Source: a virus (Duplodnaviria; Caudoviricetes). From it: 48,307 nucleotides of DNA. The notes below the pieces were generated by a model. It was not told the origin of the DNA. It was given only the letters and a program-made list of their open reading frames with translations, and ran no database searches. Shown in pieces: positions 27,801 to 36,268 of this stretch. Positions within the stretch are counted from its first letter, which is position 1; every line of letters starts with the position of its first letter. The stretch is from the IMG/VR virus record IMGVR_UViG_3300011403_000004, positions 1-48,307 of that record; one strand, given 5' to 3'. The position numbers and the translations under genes were made by a program.

Positions 27801-29246
27801 CTAGATCGGCGATTCGTACGATGGCCCTGCAAACGATGTCGCGCCGCCATTCTCATAGAAGCTCGTGCCGGGCTCCCACTCGCGCTCATGCACGTACACG
27901 GCGTACGTAACGTCTTCTATTCTTGCGGCTAGGAACGGGGCCCGCAAGATAATGCGCTTGCGCGTGCGAATCTCGACCTGCTTACAGAATGAGGTGCCGC
28001 CCAGGAAGTGAATCGCGAATCGCCCGTCAGGGCTGACCCGATACTCATCCTGGGGGCCCAACTGGTTAATGATATCCTGCATGCCGAAGGGCCCGCGATA
28101 GTCGAAGTAATCGACATACAGCAGTTGGCCCCCGAGCGTCGCGCTCTTTAGCGGCACAAGGTAGATATCCGACTGGAAGTTGCCGCCGCCGATGTTGGCC
28201 TCTGCCATCGTGTTATCGATGATCACCGGCACCCGCTCGCCGTCGATCAGCAGGAAGGTGCCGTTGCGCATATCGTTGCGCATGGCGTTCTGATCGGCCG
28301 CCGACGTGTCAATGACGATGCTCGACCCGGATGGCGATGCGTTGAAGCAGCGGTATGTCTCATACGCGCATGGCCAGATCTGGGTTAGGCTCAGAAATGC
28401 CTGATAGCGCATCACCCAAGCAAACTGCACATCGCTGATCAGCAACTGATCGGCGAGATACTTCTGAGCGCGGTATGTCTCAACCAGCGCCTGCACGTAC
28501 GTTGCGGCGTTGTTCTGCATCACGCCGCTGGGGGCTGCCACGATCATGCTGTTGGCGGCACCGCACGCGGTACCCGTAAAGACATCCTGATAACTGTCGT
28601 TTACGATCCGCTCCATGCCGTTGTATTCCAGATAGCCCCCGGAACTGGCAGCCGTATTTACTGGGCTGAATGTCCAGAAGCCCCGCGCATAGCGCCGGCT
28701 AAAATCATTCGTCAGCTCGACAACCGCCTTGGTCAGCTTATTGCGGAACAGGTTATTCGTGCCGGTCGGAATGATGTTGTTGGCTTCGGCGAATGGATTG
28801 TTCAGCAGCCGCAGGTCGAGTATCTCGCTGCGGTTGATCAGTTCGCCCGCGTTGTCGACCCGGATCGGCTTGGTCTTCATGGTGAACTCGCCGAAGGGCC
28901 ATGTTTGATTACAGACCTTCAGATCGCCCGGCACCGGCACATCTTCGGAGCATGGCGTTGTCGGCTCGGTGCCGCTCGACTCAGTCTGCCCCGTCAGGAT
29001 CTCGAAGACTGGGTTGAGCAGTTGTGACTTCTGCACATGGCCCATGGCAACCAACGCCTGCTCTAAACCCTTCGGCCCGATGTAGGTCGTTGGTACCCCC
29101 GGCTCAATCCCGAAGTTGTTGAACAGCGCATTGTAGCCATGCGGTGCGATGGCGAGTCCGGTTGTGCCGCTGTCCTTCTGAGTCAGCAGAAGCGCATTGA
29201 CTTGCTGCTGAATGAGCGCGCTCAACTGCGCTTCTGAGACTTCCAT
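27801..29246 (-). CDS. Major capsid protein
   Basis: 481 aa with AAAGGAG RBS, directly after the protease/scaffold; EYNGMERIV motif typical of HK97-fold capsids. Confidence 0.8.
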   Translation of the reverse strand: MEVSEAQLSALIQQQVNALLLTQKDSGTTGLAIAPHGYNALFNNFGIEPGVPTTYIGPKGLEQALVAMGHVQKSQLLNPVFEILTGQTESSGTEPTTPCSEDVPVPGDLKVCNQTWPFGEFTMKTKPIRVDNAGELINRSEILDLRLLNNPFAEANNIIPTGTNNLFRNKLTKAVVELTNDFSRRYARGFWTFSPVNTAASSGGYLEYNGMERIVNDSYQDVFTGTACGAANSMIVAAPSGVMQNNAATYVQALVETYRAQKYLADQLLISDVQFAWVMRYQAFLSLTQIWPCAYETYRCFNASPSGSSIVIDTSAADQNAMRNDMRNGTFLLIDGERVPVIIDNTMAEANIGGGNFQSDIYLVPLKSATLGGQLLYVDYFDYRGPFGMQDIINQLGPQDEYRVSPDGRFAIHFLGGTSFCKQVEIRTRKRIILRAPFLAARIEDVTYAVYVHEREWEPGTSFYENGGATSFAGPSYESPI

Positions 29247-29257
29247 GGTTTGCTCCT

Positions 29258-30550
29258 TTATGTGTTTCCAAAGATTAACTGATACGCCGCGATCTCGTTC
29301 GGGTCGGTCAGCCCCGCAGGTAGCTGCTGGGTCAACTCCTTGACCTTGGCCGCGCCTTCGTTGGTCAACTGCGTCAGTGGACTTTCGCTCGCCCGGTACA
29401 TGCCCCGCGCGCCGTGCATCACGCTATCCGGCAGATCGCCGGTCAGCTCTTTGACCTGGGCCTGAAGCGTCGCAAGCTCAGCCGCCTGGGCCTGGGCCGC
29501 ATCGTCCTTCTGGGCCCCGAAGCCGCTCAGGGCTGTTTTGAGCTCGCCCATATGACCGGCCATCTTCTTTTCAATGTCGAGCAGCGGCGTCAGGGCCTCG
29601 ACGACCGCCCGCGCGATCAGTTGCGCGAATGCCGCATCGTCCATCCCGGCGTCTTCCTCGACAACCTCTTCCTCGACAACCTCTTCCTCCATGGGCATGT
29701 CGGCTTTCGCCTCGACATCGACAACCGACTCGGTTTCCTCTTCGGCTGCCGGGGGAAACGCCTTGACCGTGTAGACAACCCCGCCGATCGTGATCTCTTC
29801 GGGGGCTTCTTTGTAGACAACGTTGCGGGCCTGGGCCTGCTCATCGTCCTTCTGGGCCGTGGCAAGCAGGGCATCGAGCATCGCGATAGCCTCAGGGTTG
29901 CCGGCTGCCTTCTCGCGGTATTCCGCGATCTTCTCTGGAGCTAACACTTTATTCTCCTTTGCGGCAGAATACCGCGTAAAGTAGTTTGCGGCCCGATTAA
30001 CAGGCACCGCCGACCGCTCATAAATGAGTATATGATCGTATACCCCATGCTTGGGCTGATCGTCCGTATGAATGAAGCCGGGCGACATCTGATAGCCGCT
30101 ATCGCTCAGCTTCTGGCCCAGGCTGGCCATGGCCTTTGATCGGAAGGTGCCGCCCTCGATCAGAAAGCGCCCGCCCGGCCCAGCCTGGGCCTGGAAGTCA
30201 CAATCGCCCATCGGCAGCCCGGCAACGTGCCAATACAGCAACGGGCCCCGGTTGCCGGTCTTATCCCCCAGCGCAACCGCTTCTTTAATCGCGTTGGTCG
30301 AGATGATCTCGCGATCCTTATCCTCGTATGCGGTTGTGGTTATCGCCAGCCAGCGATCGGTGCCGCTATCGTCTTTATACACCGTGAACAATGGCGGGGC
30401 TTCCTTCAGACCGTACTCGATCTGGGCTTCCGTCTCAGCCCGCATGGCAGTCAGCGGCGCGATCTTATCGTGAAAGAGTGCGAACGTCAGATCCTTTGGA
30501 CTGACATCGCTATAGTCTTTGCGCTTGCGCACTGGCGGGAGAGGTGCCAT
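29258..30550 (-). CDS. HK97-type prohead protease fused to acidic scaffold
   Basis: DKDREII, LLYWH, QMSPGF and ERSAVP..AAN motifs; acidic coiled-coil C-terminus. Confidence 0.82.
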   Translation of the reverse strand: MAPLPPVRKRKDYSDVSPKDLTFALFHDKIAPLTAMRAETEAQIEYGLKEAPPLFTVYKDDSGTDRWLAITTTAYEDKDREIISTNAIKEAVALGDKTGNRGPLLYWHVAGLPMGDCDFQAQAGPGGRFLIEGGTFRSKAMASLGQKLSDSGYQMSPGFIHTDDQPKHGVYDHILIYERSAVPVNRAANYFTRYSAAKENKVLAPEKIAEYREKAAGNPEAIAMLDALLATAQKDDEQAQARNVVYKEAPEEITIGGVVYTVKAFPPAAEEETESVVDVEAKADMPMEEEVVEEEVVEEDAGMDDAAFAQLIARAVVEALTPLLDIEKKMAGHMGELKTALSGFGAQKDDAAQAQAAELATLQAQVKELTGDLPDSVMHGARGMYRASESPLTQLTNEGAAKVKELTQQLPAGLTDPNEIAAYQLIFGNT

Positions 30551-30560
30551 GGTTGCTTCC

Positions 30561-33470
30561 TTATCCAAACATGCCTACCTGGGCATCGCCGACCGGCACC
30601 GTCGAGCCCCCGAGCAACTGATCGTACAATTCGGCCCGCGTCAGCTTGCCCGCATCGCCAAACAGGCTCGCCTGCCCCGGCTGGGGCTGCGCCTCGACCA
30701 ACCGCGCATAGCGTTGCAGCAGGCTCCTGACCTCGGTCGGCTTGCGCGCGATCGTGTCGAGGTGCACTAGCAGGCGCTCCTGATCCGCGTTGAGCTCGCG
30801 ATCGAACATGCTCGACTGCCCCAGGTACTTTGCGACAACCTGATTCGCTGGCGTGTTGGCTGTCAGGCTCGGGTTATCCTTGATCCGCGCGTATACGTCG
30901 ACGGTCTTTGCGAAGTCATCGCTGATGTCGAGGTTCGGATCGCGCATGCCGGATCGGGTAAGCGCCGTCGCGCGACTGAAGTCGGGCAGGCCCCCGCTGA
31001 TCCCGTTCTGTACTGTTTTGATATCCGGGTCGAGGCTTTCAAGCATTGATTCAGCCATGCGCTCGCCGGCCGCCCCTGGGAAAGCCCGCGTGTAGACAGC
31101 TGCTTTTACCCGATACAGCCCCATCTGGTTGAGCTCGCCATGGCGCGTTAAGAGATTCGCCCGCTCATTGTCCGGTACCCCTGCCAGAAAATCATCGATG
31201 AAGGGCTTATTGGCCTTATCCCTGAGCGCGCGATCAATATCGCCCGAGTCGGATACGTGCAGTTTCAGCATATGCTGATTAGATATCTGCCCCGCGTCGA
31301 CCTTGGCCTGCTCCAAAGGCGACATACGCAATGTGCCGCTGCTGTTGGCTTCTCTCGCGAACGCTGCCGCATCGTGATCGCCTTGCAAGCGCCTGACGAG
31401 CACCGGATTCTGCATCTTGTCAACGGTTGCCGGGTCGATCCCGGCCGCCCGGGCCTCAGCCTTGATCGCATCCTTGTACGCCGCGTACTTGTCTGGGTGC
31501 ATCTCAGCCGCGCGCTGTAGCGCCAAGGTGCGGCCGTTGCCTGACAGTACATTGCCATTCTTGTCTATGATCGGCGTGCCGGCGTCGATGCGATGGAAGT
31601 CGGTTGTCATCACTTCAGGATTCATGTTCTGGGCAACCTGGGCAATCTGGGCTTGGCTGCTCTCCCTCGACCGATCGCGCGGCTGTAACGTGGCATCGTA
31701 CTTCGGATTGATCCCGCCGTTGGCGGTATTCGATGCCTGGATTGATCCCATGTCGACCAACTCATGGCGCATGGTATAGGACTGATTCGGATCGTTGCCG
31801 TATGCCTTTGTGGTAGTGCCGACTGTCGTACCGGCAGCAGGCCCGGCCGGCTTGGCCGGCGTGCGATCTTTGCGCTCACTCTCGCCCGGCGTGTGCTTTG
31901 TGCCTGCGAATCCCGCTTGCGGTACCCGCTTGCCTTCGGCGTTCTTATTCCAGAGGGTTGCCTGTTGGCCGCCGCCCTTGCCGCCCTTGCCGGCCCCGGC
32001 TCGACCGCCGCCGCCCGAGCCGCCGCCGCCCATGTTCGCAAACATCGCCCGCTGCTGAGCGGTCTGCTCCTTGCGGCGCGTAAGGTACGATTCTTTCTTC
32101 TTTGGCGGCTCGCTGGCCCGGCTGATCACGTCGATCGCCGCCTTGGCATCGCCACGATTGGCCGCCGCAATCGCCGACCGACCCGCGCTGCTTAGCCTGA
32201 GCACGTTGTCAGATCCCATCTCAGCCAGGCCCATCACGATCAGACCGACCGCGTTGCGCGCATCCGGCTCGACCCCAGCCCCCAGCGCCATCAGCACATC
32301 GAACCCGCCCGGGCTCAGCCCCTGATCGGCCTGGGCCATGGCGTCGCGCACTGCCGCGCGATTGGCTTCTTGTTCTTGCTCTTTGGTCGGCTTCGGTGCT
32401 GCCTCGGGCTGCTTGCCGGGGCTGATGCTGGTCGAGCCGCCGCCGCCGCCCCCACCGCTACCACCGCCGCCGCGCGCCCGTCGCGCTGCGATCCCCCCAG
32501 GGGCCTTCTCGGGCTTCTTTTCGCCGCCCTTGCCGCCCGGCTTCTTGGCCCGCTCAGCCTCGCGCTCAGCCTGGGCCGCTTCCCGCTCAGCCTGGGCCGC
32601 CAGCTTCTTAGCCTCGCGCGCCGTGCGCTCGACCTCTGCCGCTCCCCGTTTCGCCACCTGATCGCGGGCGCGACTGGCAGCATCTTTCGCGCCCTGCACA
32701 TCGCCGCGCTTGGCCGCGTTGAGCAACACATTGGCCTGCTCCGACTTGCGCGGCACCCCATCGCTACCGATCTCTAATAGCCCTTCTTTAGCAAGAAAGT
32801 CGATGTCTTCGGGCCTGAGCGGCTTGCCCTGGGCAAACTGATTCAGGTTGGCCAGATGATCGCCTAGCTCGGTTTCATCGCCGACCTTCGTCAGGTTCTT
32901 GGCCTGCTCAGCGGTTAGCTCAGCCTCGCGCGCCGCGCGTTTGGCGTCGCGATCAGCCGTGCGCTCTTCGTCCGTCTTGGGGGGCTTCTTTGGTTTGGCG
33001 GCCGCCCCCTTGCCGCCTTTGGGCTTCTTGGGCTTGGCCTTGGCCCCGTCGCATGGCCCGTAGCGCCCATGCACGTTGCACAGGTTGCCCCGAATGCGCC
33101 TGACGCCGGGGCTCAGCAGTTCGCCCGGCTCGCCCTTGCCCGCCGGCTTGGCCCCAGCCCCCACCGGGGGCTTGCTGGCGGGCTTGGGCTTTGCGCCGGG
33201 GGCAGCGTCGGACGTAAATGCTTTCTCGACCGCATTACAGCCGCAGTCGCACGCCTTCAGCTTGATCTTCTTGCGGCGGTTTGCGAGGGTGCCAATGCCG
33301 GGGGAGTTAAACAGCGCGTTGGGGCCGGTCGGAGGTATGGCCATGCCGGTTGTCGCGCTATCCTTCTTTTCAGGGAGCGCATCGAAGTCGGTCAGCTTGT
33401 TCCACCGTTTGGCAAACGACTGACCTGTTGAATTTGCCCAGCGGGCTTGACGACGCGACGCATACGGCAT
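30561..33470 (-). CDS. Large internal head / polyvalent-type protein with C-terminal ddrB-like ParB domain
   Basis: LQPRDR...GTPII...VLSGNGRTLAL...FAREAN...MSPLEQAKVDA; Lys/Gly/Pro-rich N-terminal half; located in the head module. Confidence 0.75.
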   Translation of the reverse strand: MPYASRRQARWANSTGQSFAKRWNKLTDFDALPEKKDSATTGMAIPPTGPNALFNSPGIGTLANRRKKIKLKACDCGCNAVEKAFTSDAAPGAKPKPASKPPVGAGAKPAGKGEPGELLSPGVRRIRGNLCNVHGRYGPCDGAKAKPKKPKGGKGAAAKPKKPPKTDEERTADRDAKRAAREAELTAEQAKNLTKVGDETELGDHLANLNQFAQGKPLRPEDIDFLAKEGLLEIGSDGVPRKSEQANVLLNAAKRGDVQGAKDAASRARDQVAKRGAAEVERTAREAKKLAAQAEREAAQAEREAERAKKPGGKGGEKKPEKAPGGIAARRARGGGGSGGGGGGGSTSISPGKQPEAAPKPTKEQEQEANRAAVRDAMAQADQGLSPGGFDVLMALGAGVEPDARNAVGLIVMGLAEMGSDNVLRLSSAGRSAIAAANRGDAKAAIDVISRASEPPKKKESYLTRRKEQTAQQRAMFANMGGGGSGGGGRAGAGKGGKGGGQQATLWNKNAEGKRVPQAGFAGTKHTPGESERKDRTPAKPAGPAAGTTVGTTTKAYGNDPNQSYTMRHELVDMGSIQASNTANGGINPKYDATLQPRDRSRESSQAQIAQVAQNMNPEVMTTDFHRIDAGTPIIDKNGNVLSGNGRTLALQRAAEMHPDKYAAYKDAIKAEARAAGIDPATVDKMQNPVLVRRLQGDHDAAAFAREANSSGTLRMSPLEQAKVDAGQISNQHMLKLHVSDSGDIDRALRDKANKPFIDDFLAGVPDNERANLLTRHGELNQMGLYRVKAAVYTRAFPGAAGERMAESMLESLDPDIKTVQNGISGGLPDFSRATALTRSGMRDPNLDISDDFAKTVDVYARIKDNPSLTANTPANQVVAKYLGQSSMFDRELNADQERLLVHLDTIARKPTEVRSLLQRYARLVEAQPQPGQASLFGDAGKLTRAELYDQLLGGSTVPVGDAQVGMFG

Positions 33471-33506
33471 GGGGTGATCCGCTTATACTTTCGCAGTATA
33501 GCTATA

Positions 33507-33528
33507 AGTATAGATTATATGTCAAGCG
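33507..33528 (-). promoter_or_regulatory. Late-gene motif CGCTTGACATAT-N4-TATACT, copy 2
   Basis: 18/22 identical to 40838-40859; AT-rich intergenic region upstream of the 969-aa gene. Confidence 0.6.
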
Positions 33529-33529
33529 C

Positions 33530-34003
33530 CTAACGAATCGCTATACTTATCTGGCGTTGAATCAACTGGGCAACCCTCGATCGCCACTTCTTTGCGATGA
33601 TCGTCGACCATCCTCGGGGCTTCGTTCCTGGGTGATGGACGAACCGGCGAAAGATGATCGCGCCCGATGCCCCGCCCGTCTGACTGCCGATGAAGCCCGG
33701 CCGCGTCTTCGCGCTATACGGCCCGCCTGGGAACCGAAGCATGCGCGCGTTGCGTGGATAGATGTCGTGTGCCTTCGTGCCTTTGTCGAGCCAACCCCAA
33801 ATCTGATCCTTAGTGCCGACCAACCGACCATCCTTCTGGGCCTTCACGGTATAGACCGGCTGATGATCCCAGGTCGAGCTTGTCGACTCGAAGTCGATCA
33901 GCGCCCCGGCTGCCGCATCGTCGAGGCCCCGATCGATCGCCGCCATCATGCGACGCGGGTCGAGCCGGTTGCGTTTGGGGATCTTTGGAATGATCTTGAT
34001 CAC
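33530..34003 (-). CDS. HK97 gp10-like morphogenesis protein
   Basis: LDKGTKAH and VHHPGTKP motifs; GTG start coupled to the upstream ORF. Confidence 0.65.
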   Translation of the reverse strand: MIKIIPKIPKRNRLDPRRMMAAIDRGLDDAAAGALIDFESTSSTWDHQPVYTVKAQKDGRLVGTKDQIWGWLDKGTKAHDIYPRNARMLRFPGGPYSAKTRPGFIGSQTGGASGAIIFRRFVHHPGTKPRGWSTIIAKKWRSRVAQLIQRQISIAIR

Positions 34004-34170
34004 CGGTAGCACCGCTTGATCTTCTTGCGCATCATGCGGCCGTGACCATGGTCGACGGGCCATGTCGAGCGCGTGAAGATGTCGACAACCGGCTGTAGCG
34101 CCTCGCGCAATACGCGGGCGATCTCGTCTTCACTATGCGCTATGTAATCAATCAATTCTTGTGTAATCAA
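34000..34170 (-). CDS. 56-aa hypothetical protein
   Basis: TTG start overlapping the previous stop; AAGGTG RBS; fills the gap exactly. Confidence 0.45.
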   Translation of the reverse strand: MITQELIDYIAHSEDEIARVLREALQPVVDIFTRSTWPVDHGHGRMMRKKIKRCYR

Positions 34171-34412
34171 TAGATCACCTTCGGGTCAAACGCTGGGGGC
34201 TTGCCCTCATCGGTTATTCGGCCGTGCAAATGCCGCGCAATATCCTGGGCCCGCGTCAGCGCCGGATACGGGTCTGCCCCCGAAGGCCCCGGCTGCTCAG
34301 TCATCATCACGTTGAGCATGTCGATCACCGCGTCGGACTGCTCATCCTTGCTCGACCAGGCCCCAGCCGTATAGGTTGCGGTGATCCCGCCTATCTCCAT
34401 TACAATACTCAT
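34167..34412 (-). CDS. Small protein downstream of MuF-like gene (immunity/partner candidate)
   Basis: ATGA-coupled to the metallopeptidase-bearing gene. Confidence 0.55.
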   Translation of the reverse strand: MSIVMEIGGITATYTAGAWSSKDEQSDAVIDMLNVMMTEQPGPSGADPYPALTRAQDIARHLHGRITDEGKPPAFDPKVIY

Positions 34413-36268
34413 GGCATTCTCAGCACATCATACATAAACATGAAGTAATCCGGATCGTCTTTGGCCAGCTTCAGCGGATCGCTATAGAAGTATTCGAGGC
34501 CCATGCTGATGATCTCGGTCGAGCCATCATTGTACCGCTTGCCCATGTACGGCGATGGAAACCGATCGGCCTGGGCAACCTCGCCCGCGCGATAGTTGCT
34601 GTTATTCGTAATCTCTGCCAGCGGTCGAGCAGACTCGCCGGCCGTGCGTCGGTCGAGAAACGCTATCGCGCGGGCTTTTACCTCTGGGTTTCTAAACTCG
34701 ATATGATGCCCGAGCTCATGCACCGCAACCCGATGCGCGTCGTTGGCGAGTACAATCTGCCCGCTATGCGTTACGTCGTTGCCCCAGTCGGTTGCATAGG
34801 CTCTGACGTTCTTCTCTAGCTTGATCGCGATCGGTCGAGCCGCGAGCCCGGTTGTCGATGTCATGCGCATGGCGTCGGTCATGGCCCCGCTGATCGACTG
34901 CCGCTCTGCCGGCGTCATGGCGTGATCGAACCGTAATTCCACATGCCCCGGCTTGTCGACCTGTAGAATCTGACGGCGTAGGTTGTCATCGACTGCCAGC
35001 GCTTCAGCTGACAACTTGCGTTGCTCGACGGTCATCGCCTTATAGCGCCGGTCGATCTTTGCTATCGCCTTGTCGAGCTCCTTCACCCGCGCATCGTCGC
35101 CGGCATCCTTGGCTGCGAACCGATCACGCGCATGGGCTGTGCGCTGTTCCGCAAGCGCATCGCCTTCGGCCCAGAGCGCCCGCCGCTTGTCCCTGATCGG
35201 TTCCTTTAGCTTCTCGGCTGCGTTCTCAGCGTCGAGCACCCGCGCATGCGCGTCGCGTGCCTCAGGGCTATGCCCAGACTGCCGAGTTGCCGCTGCCGGT
35301 CGAGGGGCTGATCGCCCGCGTACCGTCGGCGTCGTGACTGGGGCTCGACTGATCGCATCGTTCACATGCGGCTGCAGGTGCGCCGGCACCCGGTCGAGGT
35401 AACTATCCTGGGCATTGGCCAGCCGCTGTAATTCGGCTTCGCTCGACCGGCGTTGCGCGGGGCTCATATAGCCCGCCTGCTGTTTGATGATATTCTCCAT
35501 GCGTTGCGCCCGCGCGAGAAATTCGCTGGTTGTCTTGGCTGCGAGCCGCGCGTCCTGCACGCTTGCGCCCCCAGCCCGAGCCGCGCTATAGGCTGAGCGC
35601 GACGCGACGCGCCGCCCGGTCGAGCGCCCATGGGTCGACTGATCGTGACTGCCATGCTTCAGCGTAACGACCGGATCGCCCCATGTGTCTATCTCGCTAT
35701 CGTCCCAGCCGTCCCAGTCCTTCTGCACAAAGTGCTGACGTTTAACCGGATACGTACCAACCAGCGCGGGGCATTCGTCGCAATGATCCTCAGTGCCGCC
35801 CATCTCGCGTGTAAGCTCGCCGGTACCGTCGTCGTTGTCGCGTACGCTGATCCTACACTTGCAATTCGTGATGCAGGTCTGATTGCCGGGGAGTAAGTCG
35901 GGTGGTATAATCCAGTCCCCCCAGCGTTGCGCATAGTACGTCTGCCTGACGGCCCCGGCGTAGAGGCCTGCCCGAGCCGCGATCTGGGCCTCGCTCAGCC
36001 CCTCGGCCGCCGCTACGAACCCGGCGAGGTACTTGCGCTGCTCTCTGACTAAGGCGTCGATGTCTTTGCGCTCAGCCCTCGACAGCCCCTTAAACAGCCC
36101 CGGCGTTACCTTGACGCCGGCCCGGTCGGCCGCCGCTGCAATCGCCGCCGCCGTATGGCCCCGCGCGATGATTGCATCTAACTGCTTGGCCCAGCCGGGG
36201 CGGCTAAAGTCGAGCGCCTGAATCGCGTCGAGCGCGAGCGCGTGCAGGTTGGTCGGCGTGTCAGCCAT
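34409..36268 (-). CDS. MuF-like head protein with C-terminal zincin metallopeptidase domain
   Basis: Directly after the portal; CITNCKC and HCDECP motifs; KHGSHDQSTHG; VHELGHHIE with downstream EIISMGLE. Confidence 0.75.
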   Translation of the reverse strand: MADTPTNLHALALDAIQALDFSRPGWAKQLDAIIARGHTAAAIAAAADRAGVKVTPGLFKGLSRAERKDIDALVREQRKYLAGFVAAAEGLSEAQIAARAGLYAGAVRQTYYAQRWGDWIIPPDLLPGNQTCITNCKCRISVRDNDDGTGELTREMGGTEDHCDECPALVGTYPVKRQHFVQKDWDGWDDSEIDTWGDPVVTLKHGSHDQSTHGRSTGRRVASRSAYSAARAGGASVQDARLAAKTTSEFLARAQRMENIIKQQAGYMSPAQRRSSEAELQRLANAQDSYLDRVPAHLQPHVNDAISRAPVTTPTVRGRSAPRPAAATRQSGHSPEARDAHARVLDAENAAEKLKEPIRDKRRALWAEGDALAEQRTAHARDRFAAKDAGDDARVKELDKAIAKIDRRYKAMTVEQRKLSAEALAVDDNLRRQILQVDKPGHVELRFDHAMTPAERQSISGAMTDAMRMTSTTGLAARPIAIKLEKNVRAYATDWGNDVTHSGQIVLANDAHRVAVHELGHHIEFRNPEVKARAIAFLDRRTAGESARPLAEITNNSNYRAGEVAQADRFPSPYMGKRYNDGSTEIISMGLEYFYSDPLKLAKDDPDYFMFMYDVLRMP

